This document shows, piece after piece, positions 1 through 9,403 of a stretch of DNA of 64,000 nt. The notes under the pieces were generated by a model. The model was not told the DNA's origin, did not search any database, and saw nothing but the letters and a program-made list of their open reading frames with translations. The position numbers and the translations under genes were made by a program. The DNA is from an uncultured Candidatus Rokubacteria bacterium. GTDB taxonomy: Bacteria > Methylomirabilota > Methylomirabilia > Rokubacteriales > DASRDR01. The stretch lies in contig CAWDVE010000019.1 in the NCBI GenBank assembly GCA_963805625.1, forward strand, positions 640,001 through 704,000. Direction: 5' to 3'. The number at the start of each line of letters is the position of its first letter. Positions within the stretch are counted from its first letter, which is position 1.

Positions 1-156
1 CCGGGCGGCCCGGCGCCGGGCCCGCTCGGGGCGAGCCTCGGCCGCTACCGGAGCGAGCTCGACGCGGCCCGGAGCTGGCTCGGTGACTACCGGGCGCGGC
101 TCGCGGACGTCGACCGTCGGCTGGCCGACCGCGCGCGCGCCCTGATGGGAGGCTGA
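1..156 (+). CDS. 3' end of a gene running in from the left edge, possibly argininosuccinate lyase-like
   Basis: Frame 1 is open to TGA at 154-156 (PGGPAPGPLGASLGRYRSELDAARSWL...ALMGG*). GGPAP resembles ArgH C-termini. Confidence 0.4.
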   Translation, partial: PGGPAPGPLGASLGRYRSELDAARSWLGDYRARLADVDRRLADRARALMGG

Positions 157-166
157 GGGCGCCCCG

Positions 167-275
167 TCACCGTGGCCAGCGACCAGCCGACCAGCTCAAT
201 CTCGCCGCGATGCCGGGCATCCGCGCTGTCTCCCGTGACGCCGTCGACGCGCAGGAAGATCCCGGCTCCATGCAT
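167..275 (-). pseudogene. Hcp-like (T6SS tube protein family) N-terminal remnant
   Basis: GIFLRVDGVTGDSADARHRGEIELVGWS matches the Hcp N-terminal pattern. Similarity ends after about 33 aa. Confidence 0.55.
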
Positions 276-288
276 GCCTGTTGCGCCG

Positions 289-1248
289 TCAGCGCGCGCG
301 GTGGTCGCGGCGGTACGCGGCGATCAGCGCGAGGATCTCCGCGGCGACGGTCGCCGCCAGCAGCGCGCTGATCTGACCGGGGTCGTAGTTCGGGTTCATC
401 TCCACGACGTCGGCCCCGGCCAGGTCGAGCCCGCGGAGGCTCCGGATCAGCCGCAGGATGTCGCGGGCCGACGGGCCGCCCGCCTCCGGCGTCTGGACGC
501 CCGGCGCGAAGGCGGGATCGACCACGTCGAGGTCGAAGGACAGGAAGACCTTGCGGCCCCGGAACTTGTCGAGGATCCGGCGAGCGAGCGCCTCCAGGCC
601 GCCGTCGAGCATCTGGTCCGTGGTGACGACCTCGTAGCCCAGATCCAGCGACTGCTGGATGTCCTGGTTGCTGAAGAGCGACCCGCGCATCCCGATCTGC
701 ATCGACGCGCGAGCGTCGATGACGCCCTCTTCGACGCCACGCCGGAACGCGGTGCCGGCGCTGTGGCGCTGGCCGGCGAAGTAGGTGTCCCAAGTGTCGG
801 TGTGAGAATCGAAGTGGAGGACCGCGAGGGGCCCATGGAGTCGCCCGAGCGCGCGCAGCTCCGGGAGCGCGATCGAGTGATCGCCACCGATGCCGAGGGG
901 GATCACGCGCCTGGCCACCAGCGGCGCCATCGCCGCCTCGATGCGCTCGAACGATTCCGGGAGGTACCCTGGCACGACGTCCGCGTCGCCGTAGTCGACG
1001 ATCGCGCACTCCTCGAAGACGTTCAGGTCCTGGTAGGGATTGATCGGCCGCAACATGAGCGACATCGCCCGCACGGCGCTCGGGCCGAACCGACACCCTA
1101 CCCGGAACGGCGACCCCGTGTCGAAGGGGATCCCGAGCACCGCGACGTCCACACCCTCCAGCTCCCTCGTGTGCGGCAGGCGCATGAAGGTCGTGATCCC
1201 GACGAAGCGCGGGGTTCTGAGCGAGTCCTCGGGCAGGAATGTTGGCAT
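289..1248 (-). CDS. agmatinase-like ureohydrolase (arginase family)
   Basis: Start MPTFLPEDS at 1248. Motifs GIPFD, RFGP, GGDHS, DSHTD, SFDLDVVDP, DVVEMNP. Confidence 0.9.
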   Translation of the reverse strand: MPTFLPEDSLRTPRFVGITTFMRLPHTRELEGVDVAVLGIPFDTGSPFRVGCRFGPSAVRAMSLMLRPINPYQDLNVFEECAIVDYGDADVVPGYLPESFERIEAAMAPLVARRVIPLGIGGDHSIALPELRALGRLHGPLAVLHFDSHTDTWDTYFAGQRHSAGTAFRRGVEEGVIDARASMQIGMRGSLFSNQDIQQSLDLGYEVVTTDQMLDGGLEALARRILDKFRGRKVFLSFDLDVVDPAFAPGVQTPEAGGPSARDILRLIRSLRGLDLAGADVVEMNPNYDPGQISALLAATVAAEILALIAAYRRDHRAR

Positions 1249-1255
1249 GGGCCCC

Positions 1256-1540
1256 TCAGCGTCCGCCCCCGGCGGGGGCGCGCTCGACGAGGAACTGGAA
1301 CAGCGCCTGAGCGGCGAGTCGGATCGTGGTCTCGGCCGGGTCGTAGTTCGGCGCCACCTCGACCAGGTCCAGTGCCGCGACCGGGTACCGGGCGAAGACG
1401 CCGACGGCCTCGAGGAGCTGCCGCGCCTCCAGCCCGTCGAGGACGATCCCGCCGGTGCCGGGCGCATACGCGCAGGCGACGACGTCGATGTCGATCGAGA
1501 CGTAGAGGAGGTCCACAAGCGAGAGGCTCTCAGTCATCAC
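1256..1540 (-). pseudogene. internally deleted second ureohydrolase (C-terminal ~85 aa only)
   Basis: YVSIDIDVV..YAPGTG..GL..LDLVEVAPNYD is the ureohydrolase C-terminal part. The start overlaps the ATPase stop. Confidence 0.75.
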
Positions 1541-2379
1541 GCCCTCGCCTCGGCCTCGGGCTCGGCCTCGCGCCCCTCCACCAGCACCCGCTGGAGGAAC
1601 TCGGCCGTCCGCGGGTGCGCGGGTGCCCGGAAAATGGCCCGCGGGTCGCCCACCTCGATGATCCGACCCTGGTCCATGACGATCACGCGATCCGCCACCT
1701 CCCGGGCGAACTGCATCTCGTGGGTCACCACGATCATCGTCATGCCGTCGTGGGCGAGGCCGCGCATCACCTTCAGGACCTCCCCCACGAGCTCGGGATC
1801 GAGGGCCGAGGTCACCTCGTCGAAGAGCATGGCCTCCGGCTGCATCGCGAGCGCCCGGGCGATGGCCACGCGCTGCTGCTGCCCTCCCGAGAGCTGATGC
1901 GGATAAGCCGCCGCTTTGTCCGCGAGCCCGATGCGCTGCAGGAGCTCGGTGGCGCGCACGCGGGCCTCGGCTGGGGTGAGGCCCCGCACGTGGATCGGGC
2001 CCGCGGTGACGTTGTCGAGCACGGTCATGTGCGGGAACAGGTTGAACCGCTGGAAGACCATCCCGATCTCGAGGCGGACGGCCCGGATCGTCCGGTCGTC
2101 GGGCCGCCGAGCGCGACCGTCCAGACCAGGCTTCGCGAGGTGTATGCCCTTGATGGTGATGGTCCCTCCGTCGACCGTCTCGAGGGCGTTCAGCACCCGG
2201 AGAAGCGTGGTCTTGCCCGACCCGCTCGGCCCGATCACAACCACGACCTCGCCGGGATCGACGTCGAGGGTCACCCCGCGCAGGACCTCGAGCGTCCCGA
2301 AGCGCTTCCAGACATCGCGGACGACGATCAATGGGGTAGGGGACCCCGTGCGGGCGTCGACCGCTGGCGAGGTGCTCAC
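1537..2379 (-). CDS. polar amino acid ABC transporter ATP-binding protein
   Basis: [28 protein letters not shown]. The GTG start overlaps the permease stop. Confidence 0.92.
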   Translation of the reverse strand: MSTSPAVDARTGSPTPLIVVRDVWKRFGTLEVLRGVTLDVDPGEVVVVIGPSGSGKTTLLRVLNALETVDGGTITIKGIHLAKPGLDGRARRPDDRTIRAVRLEIGMVFQRFNLFPHMTVLDNVTAGPIHVRGLTPAEARVRATELLQRIGLADKAAAYPHQLSGGQQQRVAIARALAMQPEAMLFDEVTSALDPELVGEVLKVMRGLAHDGMTMIVVTHEMQFAREVADRVIVMDQGRIIEVGDPRAIFRAPAHPRTAEFLQRVLVEGREAEPEAEARA

Positions 2380-3026
2380 GCTCCGATCCGCATCCGCCGC
2401 TCGAGCCAGGCGACCCCGCGGCTCGCCGGATAGCTGATCGCGAAGTAGATGACGAGCACCGCCGTGAAGATTGCGAAGTACTGGAACGTCTCCGCGGCGA
2501 GGAGCCGGGCGCTGAACAGGAGCTCGCGGATGGAGATGGTGGCGACGATGGCCGTGTCCTTGAAGAGCGACACGAGGTAGTTCCCCATCGGGGGGATCAC
2601 GATCCGGAATGCCTGCGGGAGCACGACGATGCGGAGGATGAGCGGCGTCGGCATCGCGAGCGCGTGCGCGGCTTCCCACTGGGACCGGTCGATGGCCTCG
2701 ATTCCGGCCCGGTACACCTCGCTCATGTACGCCCCGTAGTTGATTCCGAGGCCGAGGACCCCGGTCAGGATCGGGTTCATGGTGATCCCGACGAAGGGGA
2801 GGACGAAGTAGAGGTAGAAGAGCTGGACGAGGAGCGGCGTGCCCCGCACGAGCTCGACGAAGCCCTGGGCTGGTTTGTACAGGTACCACCGCTGACGGTT
2901 CAGGCGCGCGAGGGCGAGGACCAGACCCAGCACGAGCGCGAAGGCGAAGCTCGCCACGGTGAGGAAGATCGTGAGGGCCGTGCCCCGCATGAGCGGCGGC
3001 CCCCACTCGAGCCAGCGGTCGATCAC
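2376..3026 (-). CDS. polar amino acid ABC transporter permease (HisM/EhuD-like)
   Basis: [22 protein letters not shown] motif, LFKDTA. Confidence 0.92.
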   Translation of the reverse strand: MIDRWLEWGPPLMRGTALTIFLTVASFAFALVLGLVLALARLNRQRWYLYKPAQGFVELVRGTPLLVQLFYLYFVLPFVGITMNPILTGVLGLGINYGAYMSEVYRAGIEAIDRSQWEAAHALAMPTPLILRIVVLPQAFRIVIPPMGNYLVSLFKDTAIVATISIRELLFSARLLAAETFQYFAIFTAVLVIYFAISYPASRGVAWLERRMRIGA

Positions 3027-3036
3027 GGGTGACTCC

Positions 3037-3089
3037 GGGCCGGCGGGCGCGAGGAGGCTTCGTCGCCTCGTCCTCCCGCCCGCCGGCCC
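3037..3089. other. GC-rich stem-loop between SBP and permease genes (mRNA stabiliser or partial terminator)
   Basis: 13-bp inverted repeat GGGCCGGCGGGCG...CGCCCGCCGGCCC. Confidence 0.45.
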
Positions 3090-3102
3090 TGCTGCGTGAA
3101 CG

Positions 3103-3942
3103 CTATGGCTTCAGGTAGAAGCTGGGGGGCACGAGGCCGTACTTCTCGAACACCCGGTCGAGGGACCCGTCGGCCTTCATCGCCGCCAGCGTCCGGTTGA
3201 GAGCCTCCCGCAGGTCCGCGCTGTCCTTGCGCACGGCCAGCGCCACCGCGTTCGACACCTTCTCTCGCGGCTGGTAGTCGGCCACGAGCTCGATTCCGAG
3301 GTTGGGATTTTGCTTGACGGCGTAGGCGGCCAGCACCGCGTCCACGATCCCCCCGTCGAGCCGGCCGGCGGCCACGTCCGCGATGAGCTCGGTCGGCGTG
3401 GGGTATGCTTTGGTCTCGATCTTGGCGCCCTGCTTGTTCAGGTCATTGAGCCAGTCGATCCACACGGTGCCCTCGTACGAACCGGCCGACTTCCCACCGA
3501 GATCCGTGAGCTTGTGGATGCCCTTCGGGTTCCCCTTCCGCACGATCAGCGTCTCCGAGTTGTAGAAGAGAATGTCGCTGAAGTCGACCAGCAGCTTGCG
3601 CTTCTCGGTCGGGAAGAAGGTGTCGCAGGCGAGGTCGATCCGTCCGCTGGTCAATGCCGGGATCAGGCTACCGAACGGCATCGTGTAGACCTCGATCTTC
3701 TCGATACCCTCGCGCTTGAGCATCGCCTGGCAGAAGTCGAGCGTGATCCCCAGCGGCTGGTCGCTGGCGGACATCCACGCGATGGGAGCGTTGCCGCCGG
3801 AGATTCCGACCACGAGCGCCTTGGCTGCCTTGGCCTTCGCGAGCGCCCCTTGCGCCGCTGCCGGCGTGGCGACCGCCAGACAGGCCACCGCGGCGAGGAC
3901 GAGTCCGAGCCCCGTCCCGATCCAGCCACTGCTTCTACGCAT
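3103..3942 (-). CDS. family 3 ABC substrate-binding protein (EhuB/HisJ-like)
   Basis: RBS AGGAGG, signal peptide ending AAAQ, FGSLIPALTSGRID, VDFS, MKADG. Confidence 0.9.
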   Translation of the reverse strand: MRRSSGWIGTGLGLVLAAVACLAVATPAAAQGALAKAKAAKALVVGISGGNAPIAWMSASDQPLGITLDFCQAMLKREGIEKIEVYTMPFGSLIPALTSGRIDLACDTFFPTEKRKLLVDFSDILFYNSETLIVRKGNPKGIHKLTDLGGKSAGSYEGTVWIDWLNDLNKQGAKIETKAYPTPTELIADVAAGRLDGGIVDAVLAAYAVKQNPNLGIELVADYQPREKVSNAVALAVRKDSADLREALNRTLAAMKADGSLDRVFEKYGLVPPSFYLKP

Positions 3943-4118
3943 GCGGTCCTCCTGGTTCGTGCTGGTGTGAGCGCCATCGTCTCCGAGTGCTCTCGCGTTG
4001 CGCGCCCCTGCGCCGGGGGCGGTCGCGCTCGCGAGCGCGTTGATCCGAGCTGCCGGCATTGCTTGTTGCGCAACGCCACCGGGAGGGGCGTTTACTGACC
4101 ACACCTCTACATGCGAGG

Positions 4119-4147
4119 TGTATACGAACGGGCCCTCCCGCTGTCAA
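4119..4147 (-). promoter_or_regulatory. sigma70-type promoter of the ABC/ureohydrolase operon
   Basis: TTGACA-17 bp-TATACA on the minus strand. Confidence 0.5.
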
Positions 4148-4282
4148 GGGGTGCACCGACGGCCCGCGGCGTCACCCGGGGAAGTCGGCGCGCGGAGCGT
4201 CCTGGCTTGACGAGCCCACTGGAGAGCGCATCCGGGTTAGGCTGGGGGCGTACCGCTGAACCACCTCCAGACGGGAGACCCG

Positions 4283-5044
4283 ATGACGACGACGGCGACC
4301 CTGACCGAGCAGTGGGTGGAGCGGGGCTTCCTCCCCGTGGTGGACGTGCTGACGCCGGAGGAAGCGATCCGATGCCGCGCCTCGTTCGACACGCTCGAGC
4401 GGGAGGTTGGGCTCGAGACCGCGGAGGTCCGGATTCTCGACCGGCACCTCGACGTGGAGTTCGTCTGGCGGCTCGCCACGCATCCGCGGGTGCTCGACGT
4501 CGTGGAGGCGGTCCTGGGCCCGGACGTCCTGCTGCTCGCGTCCAACTTTTTCTGCAAGTATCCCGCGGAGGAGCGAGGCGAGCGGTTCGTGGCGTGGCAC
4601 CAGGACGTGACCTACTGGGGCCTCGAGCCGGCGCGCGCCATCACCGCCTGGATCGCGATCGACGACGCCGACGTGGAGAACGGATGCATGAGCGTGATTC
4701 CGGGCTCTCACCGCCTGGGCATCCTCGAGCACGGCAAGTCCGGCCGCGAGGGCAACCTCCTGAGCATCAACCAGGCGGTGCCGGACGGGCTCGTCGACGA
4801 GGGGCGGGCGGTCTCGATGCCGCTTCGCGCGGGGCAGATGTCGCTCCACGACGGGATGCTGCTCCACGGGAGCCATCCCAACCGCTCGAGCCGCCGTCGC
4901 TGCGGGCTCGCGGTGCGATTCACCACGCCCGACGTCCGCCAGGTGTCCCCGAACTCGCTCCGCGGCTACTACCGCCCGGTCCTCGTCCGCGGCATCGATC
5001 GCCACCGCCACTTCCCCCCGGTCGAGGTGCCCTGGCGCGCCTGA
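4283..5044 (+). CDS. phytanoyl-CoA dioxygenase (PhyH) family Fe(II)/2OG enzyme
   Basis: WHQD facial-triad motif, WIAIDD..ENGCM..PGSH, HGSHPNRS.RRR. Confidence 0.9.
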   Translation: MTTTATLTEQWVERGFLPVVDVLTPEEAIRCRASFDTLEREVGLETAEVRILDRHLDVEFVWRLATHPRVLDVVEAVLGPDVLLLASNFFCKYPAEERGERFVAWHQDVTYWGLEPARAITAWIAIDDADVENGCMSVIPGSHRLGILEHGKSGREGNLLSINQAVPDGLVDEGRAVSMPLRAGQMSLHDGMLLHGSHPNRSSRRRCGLAVRFTTPDVRQVSPNSLRGYYRPVLVRGIDRHRHFPPVEVPWRA

Positions 5045-5084
5045 CCGGCATGACGGCGGACCGGCCGAGCGACCGAGTGGCGCG

Positions 5085-7310
5085 GTGACCACGCGACGGC
5101 CGATCCGCGCGGGGCGGCCGGGTGGCCGGCCTGCTGCCCTCCGCGGCCGCATCGGGCTGCTCGGAGCGGTCGTGGCGGGGGCGCTGATCGGCGCGCCCGC
5201 CGCCGGCGCCGCCCCGGCAAGCGCGCCGCCCCCGGTCCAGGCGCGGCTCGACCTCGATGCCGCGTCGGCGAGCCCGTTCCCCGCCGACTGGCTCACCGTT
5301 CCCGACCGCACCCAGCGGACCGGGCGCCGGCTGGCGAATTCGCTCACGTCCTGCGTTCCGGCTCGCTCGGTCTGCGACGACCTGCGTCTGCTCGCCGAGC
5401 TGGATGGCTTCGACCTCGACCCCCGCGTCGCGCTCCGCTTCACGGGCGCGATCGACGTGACGAGCGTCAGCCCGCGCAGCGTGTTCCTGGTCCGTCTCGC
5501 CGCGGGGCCGCCCGAGCTCACGGGGGTGGACCGCCTCGTCTGGGATCCGGACACCCTCACCCTCCACGCGCGTCCCGAGAGCCTCCTCGAGCCGGAGACC
5601 CTCTACGGGCTCGTGGTGACGCGCGATCTCCGCGATTCGGCTGGCCGGCCCGTCGAGCCGTCGGCGGGCTTCGCGGCGGTTCTCCGGTCGGGCGGCGGGC
5701 CTCCCCTGGCGCCGGAGTATCGCGCGGCCTTCGGTCTGCTTCGCCGTGCGCTCGATCGCCGCGGCATCCGTGCAGATCGGGTTGCCGTCGCCTCCGTCTT
5801 CACCACCGGGAGCGTCTCGGCATTCCTCGAGCAGGCCCGCGATGCCCTCGACCGGCAACCCCCCGCCCCGGCGCTCATGACGGCGCCCGAGGCGGGCGGG
5901 CGCGCGTGGTTCCCGCGGGCGAGCCTGTCGCGCCTCGTCCTGCGCCGCCAGGTCGGTCCGGCGGGGGACCCGTCGGCGGCAGGCGCGGCGTCGGGCGCCG
6001 ACAGGGCGCCCGGCGGCTTCCAGGACGAGGTCCTTCCCCTCGAGGCGCTGCCGCGGGACGCGGTCGGCGGCGTCGGAATCGGGTGGTACTGGTCACCCTG
6101 GTACCTGACGCCCGAACGCCGGATCGTCGAGGCGGCGACTCTCGCTCCCCACCGGGCGGCTGGCGTCGACCGTCCCGTCCCCTTCGTCGTGGTGACGCCG
6201 GTGGGTCGGCCGCCGCCGCGGGGGTGGCCGCTGGCGGTGTTCGGGCACGGCTACGGCGGAGAGATGTTCTCGAACGCATTCCTCGTCGCGGGCGGCCTCG
6301 CGCGCCAGGGGATCGCGACGGTGGCGATCTCGGTGGTCGGCCATGGCGGCGGGCCGGAGGGTCGGCTCCTCGTCAGCCTCGGCGACGGGCGGACCCACGT
6401 CGTCCGGGTGCCGGGCCGTGGCGTCGACCTGGACGCAGACGGCCGCATCGAGCGGACCGAGGGCCTGGCCCCGCTTCCCGGCGGGCCTCTGGCGGTGCTC
6501 GGTCTCCGGGACGGCCTCCGCCAGCAGGTGGTCGACCTCATGGCGCTCGTCCGGGCCGTCGGCCGCGGGCTCGACGTGGACGGTGACGGCCGCCCGGACA
6601 CGGGGCGGGGGCCCATCTCGTACGCGGGGCACTCCCTCGGCGGGATCTACGGCACGCTGTTCCTCGCGGTCGAGTCCCGCGTGCGCGTCGGCGTCCTGGT
6701 GGTGCCGGGGGGGCCCGTGGCCGAGATCGCGCGGCTCTCCCCCGTCTTTCGGCCGCGCGTCACGGACGCGCTCGGACGCCGGAACCCGCCGCTCCTGAAC
6801 CTGCCCGAAGACTTCCGGGAGGATCTCCCGCTCCGCGGGGCAGGGCCGGTCGTGGCGCCCGTGCCGGGGGCGCTCGCGATCCAGGAGTACCTCGCGCGAG
6901 TCGAGTGGCTTGGCCGCCGCGCGGACCCGGTGGCCTACGCGCGCCACCTCCGGCGGTCGCCGCTTCCCGGACTCGAGCCCGCCCGCGTGCTCGTCCAGTA
7001 CGCGCTGGGGGACCGCGTCGTGCCGAATCCGACGACGGCGACCCTCGTCCGCGCGGGGGAGCTGGGGGACCGCACGGTGCTCGTCCGTACCGATCGTGTC
7101 GCTCGCGTGATCGGCGCCGAGTGGCCGGACCCGCACGGGTTCCTGCTCGCCGTCCGCGCCCCGGGTCTGGTCGGTCGCGTCGCCATGCTGGCGCAGGAGC
7201 AGCTGGCCCGCTTCCTCCGGGACGAGGGCGAGACCCTGTGGGCCCCGGGCGGCCTGTCGTTCTCCGGCCCCGACGAGCGCTACCTCGAGAGCCCGAGCTC
7301 GAGGCGATGA
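5085..7310 (+). CDS. secreted Ig-like domain + alpha/beta hydrolase (lipase-like)
   Basis: Signal-like N-terminus, PFPAD/LDGF region, FGHG, nucleophile elbow GHSLGG, GDRVVPN, DPHGFL. Confidence 0.75.
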   Translation: MTTRRPIRAGRPGGRPAALRGRIGLLGAVVAGALIGAPAAGAAPASAPPPVQARLDLDAASASPFPADWLTVPDRTQRTGRRLANSLTSCVPARSVCDDLRLLAELDGFDLDPRVALRFTGAIDVTSVSPRSVFLVRLAAGPPELTGVDRLVWDPDTLTLHARPESLLEPETLYGLVVTRDLRDSAGRPVEPSAGFAAVLRSGGGPPLAPEYRAAFGLLRRALDRRGIRADRVAVASVFTTGSVSAFLEQARDALDRQPPAPALMTAPEAGGRAWFPRASLSRLVLRRQVGPAGDPSAAGAASGADRAPGGFQDEVLPLEALPRDAVGGVGIGWYWSPWYLTPERRIVEAATLAPHRAAGVDRPVPFVVVTPVGRPPPRGWPLAVFGHGYGGEMFSNAFLVAGGLARQGIATVAISVVGHGGGPEGRLLVSLGDGRTHVVRVPGRGVDLDADGRIERTEGLAPLPGGPLAVLGLRDGLRQQVVDLMALVRAVGRGLDVDGDGRPDTGRGPISYAGHSLGGIYGTLFLAVESRVRVGVLVVPGGPVAEIARLSPVFRPRVTDALGRRNPPLLNLPEDFREDLPLRGAGPVVAPVPGALAIQEYLARVEWLGRRADPVAYARHLRRSPLPGLEPARVLVQYALGDRVVPNPTTATLVRAGELGDRTVLVRTDRVARVIGAEWPDPHGFLLAVRAPGLVGRVAMLAQEQLARFLRDEGETLWAPGGLSFSGPDERYLESPSSRR

Positions 7311-7443
7311 GCGTGGCGCGGCCGCCGGCGTCCGGTGCGCTGTTGAAGGTCCATGGGGGAGTGTGGTTACAATATCGGTGTCCATCGAGCCCCGTGCGCG
7401 GCTTCCCCGGCGCATCCAGTGATCCCGAACCTGCGAGGGTCTT

Positions 7444-7929
7444 ATGAAAGTACTGAGGATCGTGCCGGAGCGATGCACGGGCTGCCTCCGGTGCGAGCTG
7501 GCGTGCTCGTACGTGCAGACCGGCACGTTCCAGCCCGCCAAGTCGGTGATCCGCGTGGCGCCATTCGAGGGCCACACGAGCTACGCGCCGTACACGTGCT
7601 TCCAGTGCGCCGAGGGCTGGTGCATGACCGCGTGCCCGGTCGGCGCGATCGTCATCTCCCCGGTGGGCGCCAAGGCCGTGATCGACGACCAGTGCGTCGG
7701 GTGCAAGCTCTGCACGATCGCCTGCCCGTACGGGACCATGTTCTACAACCCCGACACGCAAAAGGCGTTCAAGTGCAACCTCTGCGGCGGCGATCCCGCG
7801 TGCGCGCACGCGTGCCCGACGCAGGCCATCCTCTACGAGGACGTCGAGACCGCCGACTGGCTCGGCGACTTCGCGGCGACGCGATCCGCCGGCACGCTCG
7901 TCCCGGCTGGCGGGAACGGGAGGCACTGA
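7444..7929 (+). CDS. 4Fe-4S dicluster (polyferredoxin) subunit, AorA-like
   Basis: Four Cys clusters: CTGCLRCELAC, CFQC..CMTACP, CVGCKLCTIACP, CNLC..CAHACP. Confidence 0.92.
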   Translation: MKVLRIVPERCTGCLRCELACSYVQTGTFQPAKSVIRVAPFEGHTSYAPYTCFQCAEGWCMTACPVGAIVISPVGAKAVIDDQCVGCKLCTIACPYGTMFYNPDTQKAFKCNLCGGDPACAHACPTQAILYEDVETADWLGDFAATRSAGTLVPAGGNGRH

Positions 7930-9248
7930 TGGCCGCGCGCCACGTCATCGTCGGAGGCGGCACCGCCGGCCACAACGCGATCAACACGATCCGGCAGGAG
8001 GAAGCCGAGCACTCCGAGATCGTGCTGGTCTCGGCCGAGCGGCCCTACTCGCGCATGGTCCTCCCGTACTACCTCGGCCGCACCATCGCCGAGTCGCACG
8101 TCTTCACGGCCACCCCGGCGAAGCTCGGCCGGCTCGGCGTGACGACGCACATCGGGCGCCGGGCGACGGCCCTCGACACGAAGGCCGGGAAGCTCACGCT
8201 CGACGACGGCACCGCGCTCGAGTACGACGACCTCCTGGTCGCGACCGGGTCGTCCGCCGTCCGGGCCCCGGTGCCGGGCGCGGACGGCCCCGGGGTGCAC
8301 AGCTTCTGGACGCTCGAGCAGGCCCGGGGGGTGGTCGCGGAGATCCGGCCGGGCGGCCACGTGGTGATGGTCGGCGCCGGCTTCATCGCCTTCACCATCC
8401 TCAACTCGATCCTCGCGCTCGGGGCGCGCCTCACGATCGTCGAGATCGCGCCCCAGATCCTGCCGCGCATGATCGACCGGCAGGGGGCGTCGCTCGTCGA
8501 CGCGTGGCTCCGGAAGCACGGCGTCGAGATCCGCACCGGCGCCACGCTGACGGCGGTCGAGCAGCACGCCGGCCGGCGGCGCCTCCGCTTCAAGGACGGG
8601 GCGGACCTCGACGCTGACGTCGTGATCATGGCGACGGGCATCCGCACGAACCTCGGGTGGCTCGAGGGCTCGGGCATCCGCGTCAACCGGGGCGTCGTCG
8701 TGGACGACCACCTCCGCTCGAGCGTGCCGAACGTCTACGCCGCCGGCGACGTGGCGGAAGGGCGGGACCTGGTGACCGGGCAGCCCGACGTCCACGCGAT
8801 CGAGCCGACGGCGATGGAGCACGGCCGGGTGGTCGGGGCCAACATGGCGGGCCGCGACGTTCCGTACCGCGGCAGCCTCCTCATGAACATCGTGGAGGTC
8901 TGCCACCTCGACGTGGCGAGCTTCGGGCGCTGGGACGACCCCGCGGCCGAGCTCATGCTGGCGGTCGACCCTGACCGGCCGGCGTACCGGAAGCTCCTCT
9001 GGCACGGCGACCGGCTGACGGGGGCGATGATCCTCGGCCCCTCCGCCGACATCTGGACGACGAACGACGTGGGGATGCTGAAGGGGCTCGTCCAGTCCGG
9101 CGTGCCGCTCGGGCCGTGGAAGGAGCAGCTTCGCCGGAACCCCTTCGACGTCAAGCGCGCCCATGTCGCCTCGCACGTGACCCGGCAGCTCCTCCCGCAG
9201 ACGGTGCTCGGCCGGCCGGCGCCTGCGCCCGCGGTGCTGTGGAGCTAG
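7929..9248 (+). CDS. FAD/NAD(P)-dependent oxidoreductase, AorC-like
   Basis: VIVGGGTAG, ATGS, VGAGFIA, VYAAGD. The ATG overlaps the upstream TGA. Confidence 0.88.
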   Translation: MAARHVIVGGGTAGHNAINTIRQEEAEHSEIVLVSAERPYSRMVLPYYLGRTIAESHVFTATPAKLGRLGVTTHIGRRATALDTKAGKLTLDDGTALEYDDLLVATGSSAVRAPVPGADGPGVHSFWTLEQARGVVAEIRPGGHVVMVGAGFIAFTILNSILALGARLTIVEIAPQILPRMIDRQGASLVDAWLRKHGVEIRTGATLTAVEQHAGRRRLRFKDGADLDADVVIMATGIRTNLGWLEGSGIRVNRGVVVDDHLRSSVPNVYAAGDVAEGRDLVTGQPDVHAIEPTAMEHGRVVGANMAGRDVPYRGSLLMNIVEVCHLDVASFGRWDDPAAELMLAVDPDRPAYRKLLWHGDRLTGAMILGPSADIWTTNDVGMLKGLVQSGVPLGPWKEQLRRNPFDVKRAHVASHVTRQLLPQTVLGRPAPAPAVLWS

Positions 9249-9255
9249 GGGCGAT

Positions 9256-9391
9256 GGGGTCAGACTTTGACTTCCCTACATTTCGCCGTGTGAGACGCGT
9301 GTCCTTCTTCGGAGTGGGCGAATGTTTGGAAGTCAAAGTCTGACCCCGCGTGGAAGTCTGAGGGGAATGTCGGAAGTCAAAGTCTGACCCC
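9256..9391. repeat. REPIN/MITE-like element, copy 1, plus an extra arm
   Basis: Perfect 20-bp IR GGGGTCAGACTTTGACTTCC (9256-9275) / GGAAGTCAAAGTCTGACCCC (9328-9347). A third arm lies at 9372-9391. Confidence 0.85.
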
Positions 9392-9403
9392 AGGAGAATG
9401 CGA

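Noticed and set aside
172-2433. 753-aa plus-strand ORF, and similar long ORFs such as 30342-32681, 33171-35387, 39973-42498 and 43502-45874
   Set aside because: Antisense or alternate-frame shadows of well-supported genes; long stop-free frames are expected in high-GC DNA, and they carry no family motifs.
3943-4118. Possible guanidine riboswitch in the ~170-nt leader of the ABC/ureohydrolase operon
   Set aside because: I could not find guanidine-I, -II (twin ACGR hairpins) or -III consensus elements by eye. An Infernal/Rfam scan would settle it.
9256-9391. Repeat arms as a CRISPR array
   Set aside because: The arms are inverted and dispersed, there is no repeat-spacer periodicity, and no cas genes are present.
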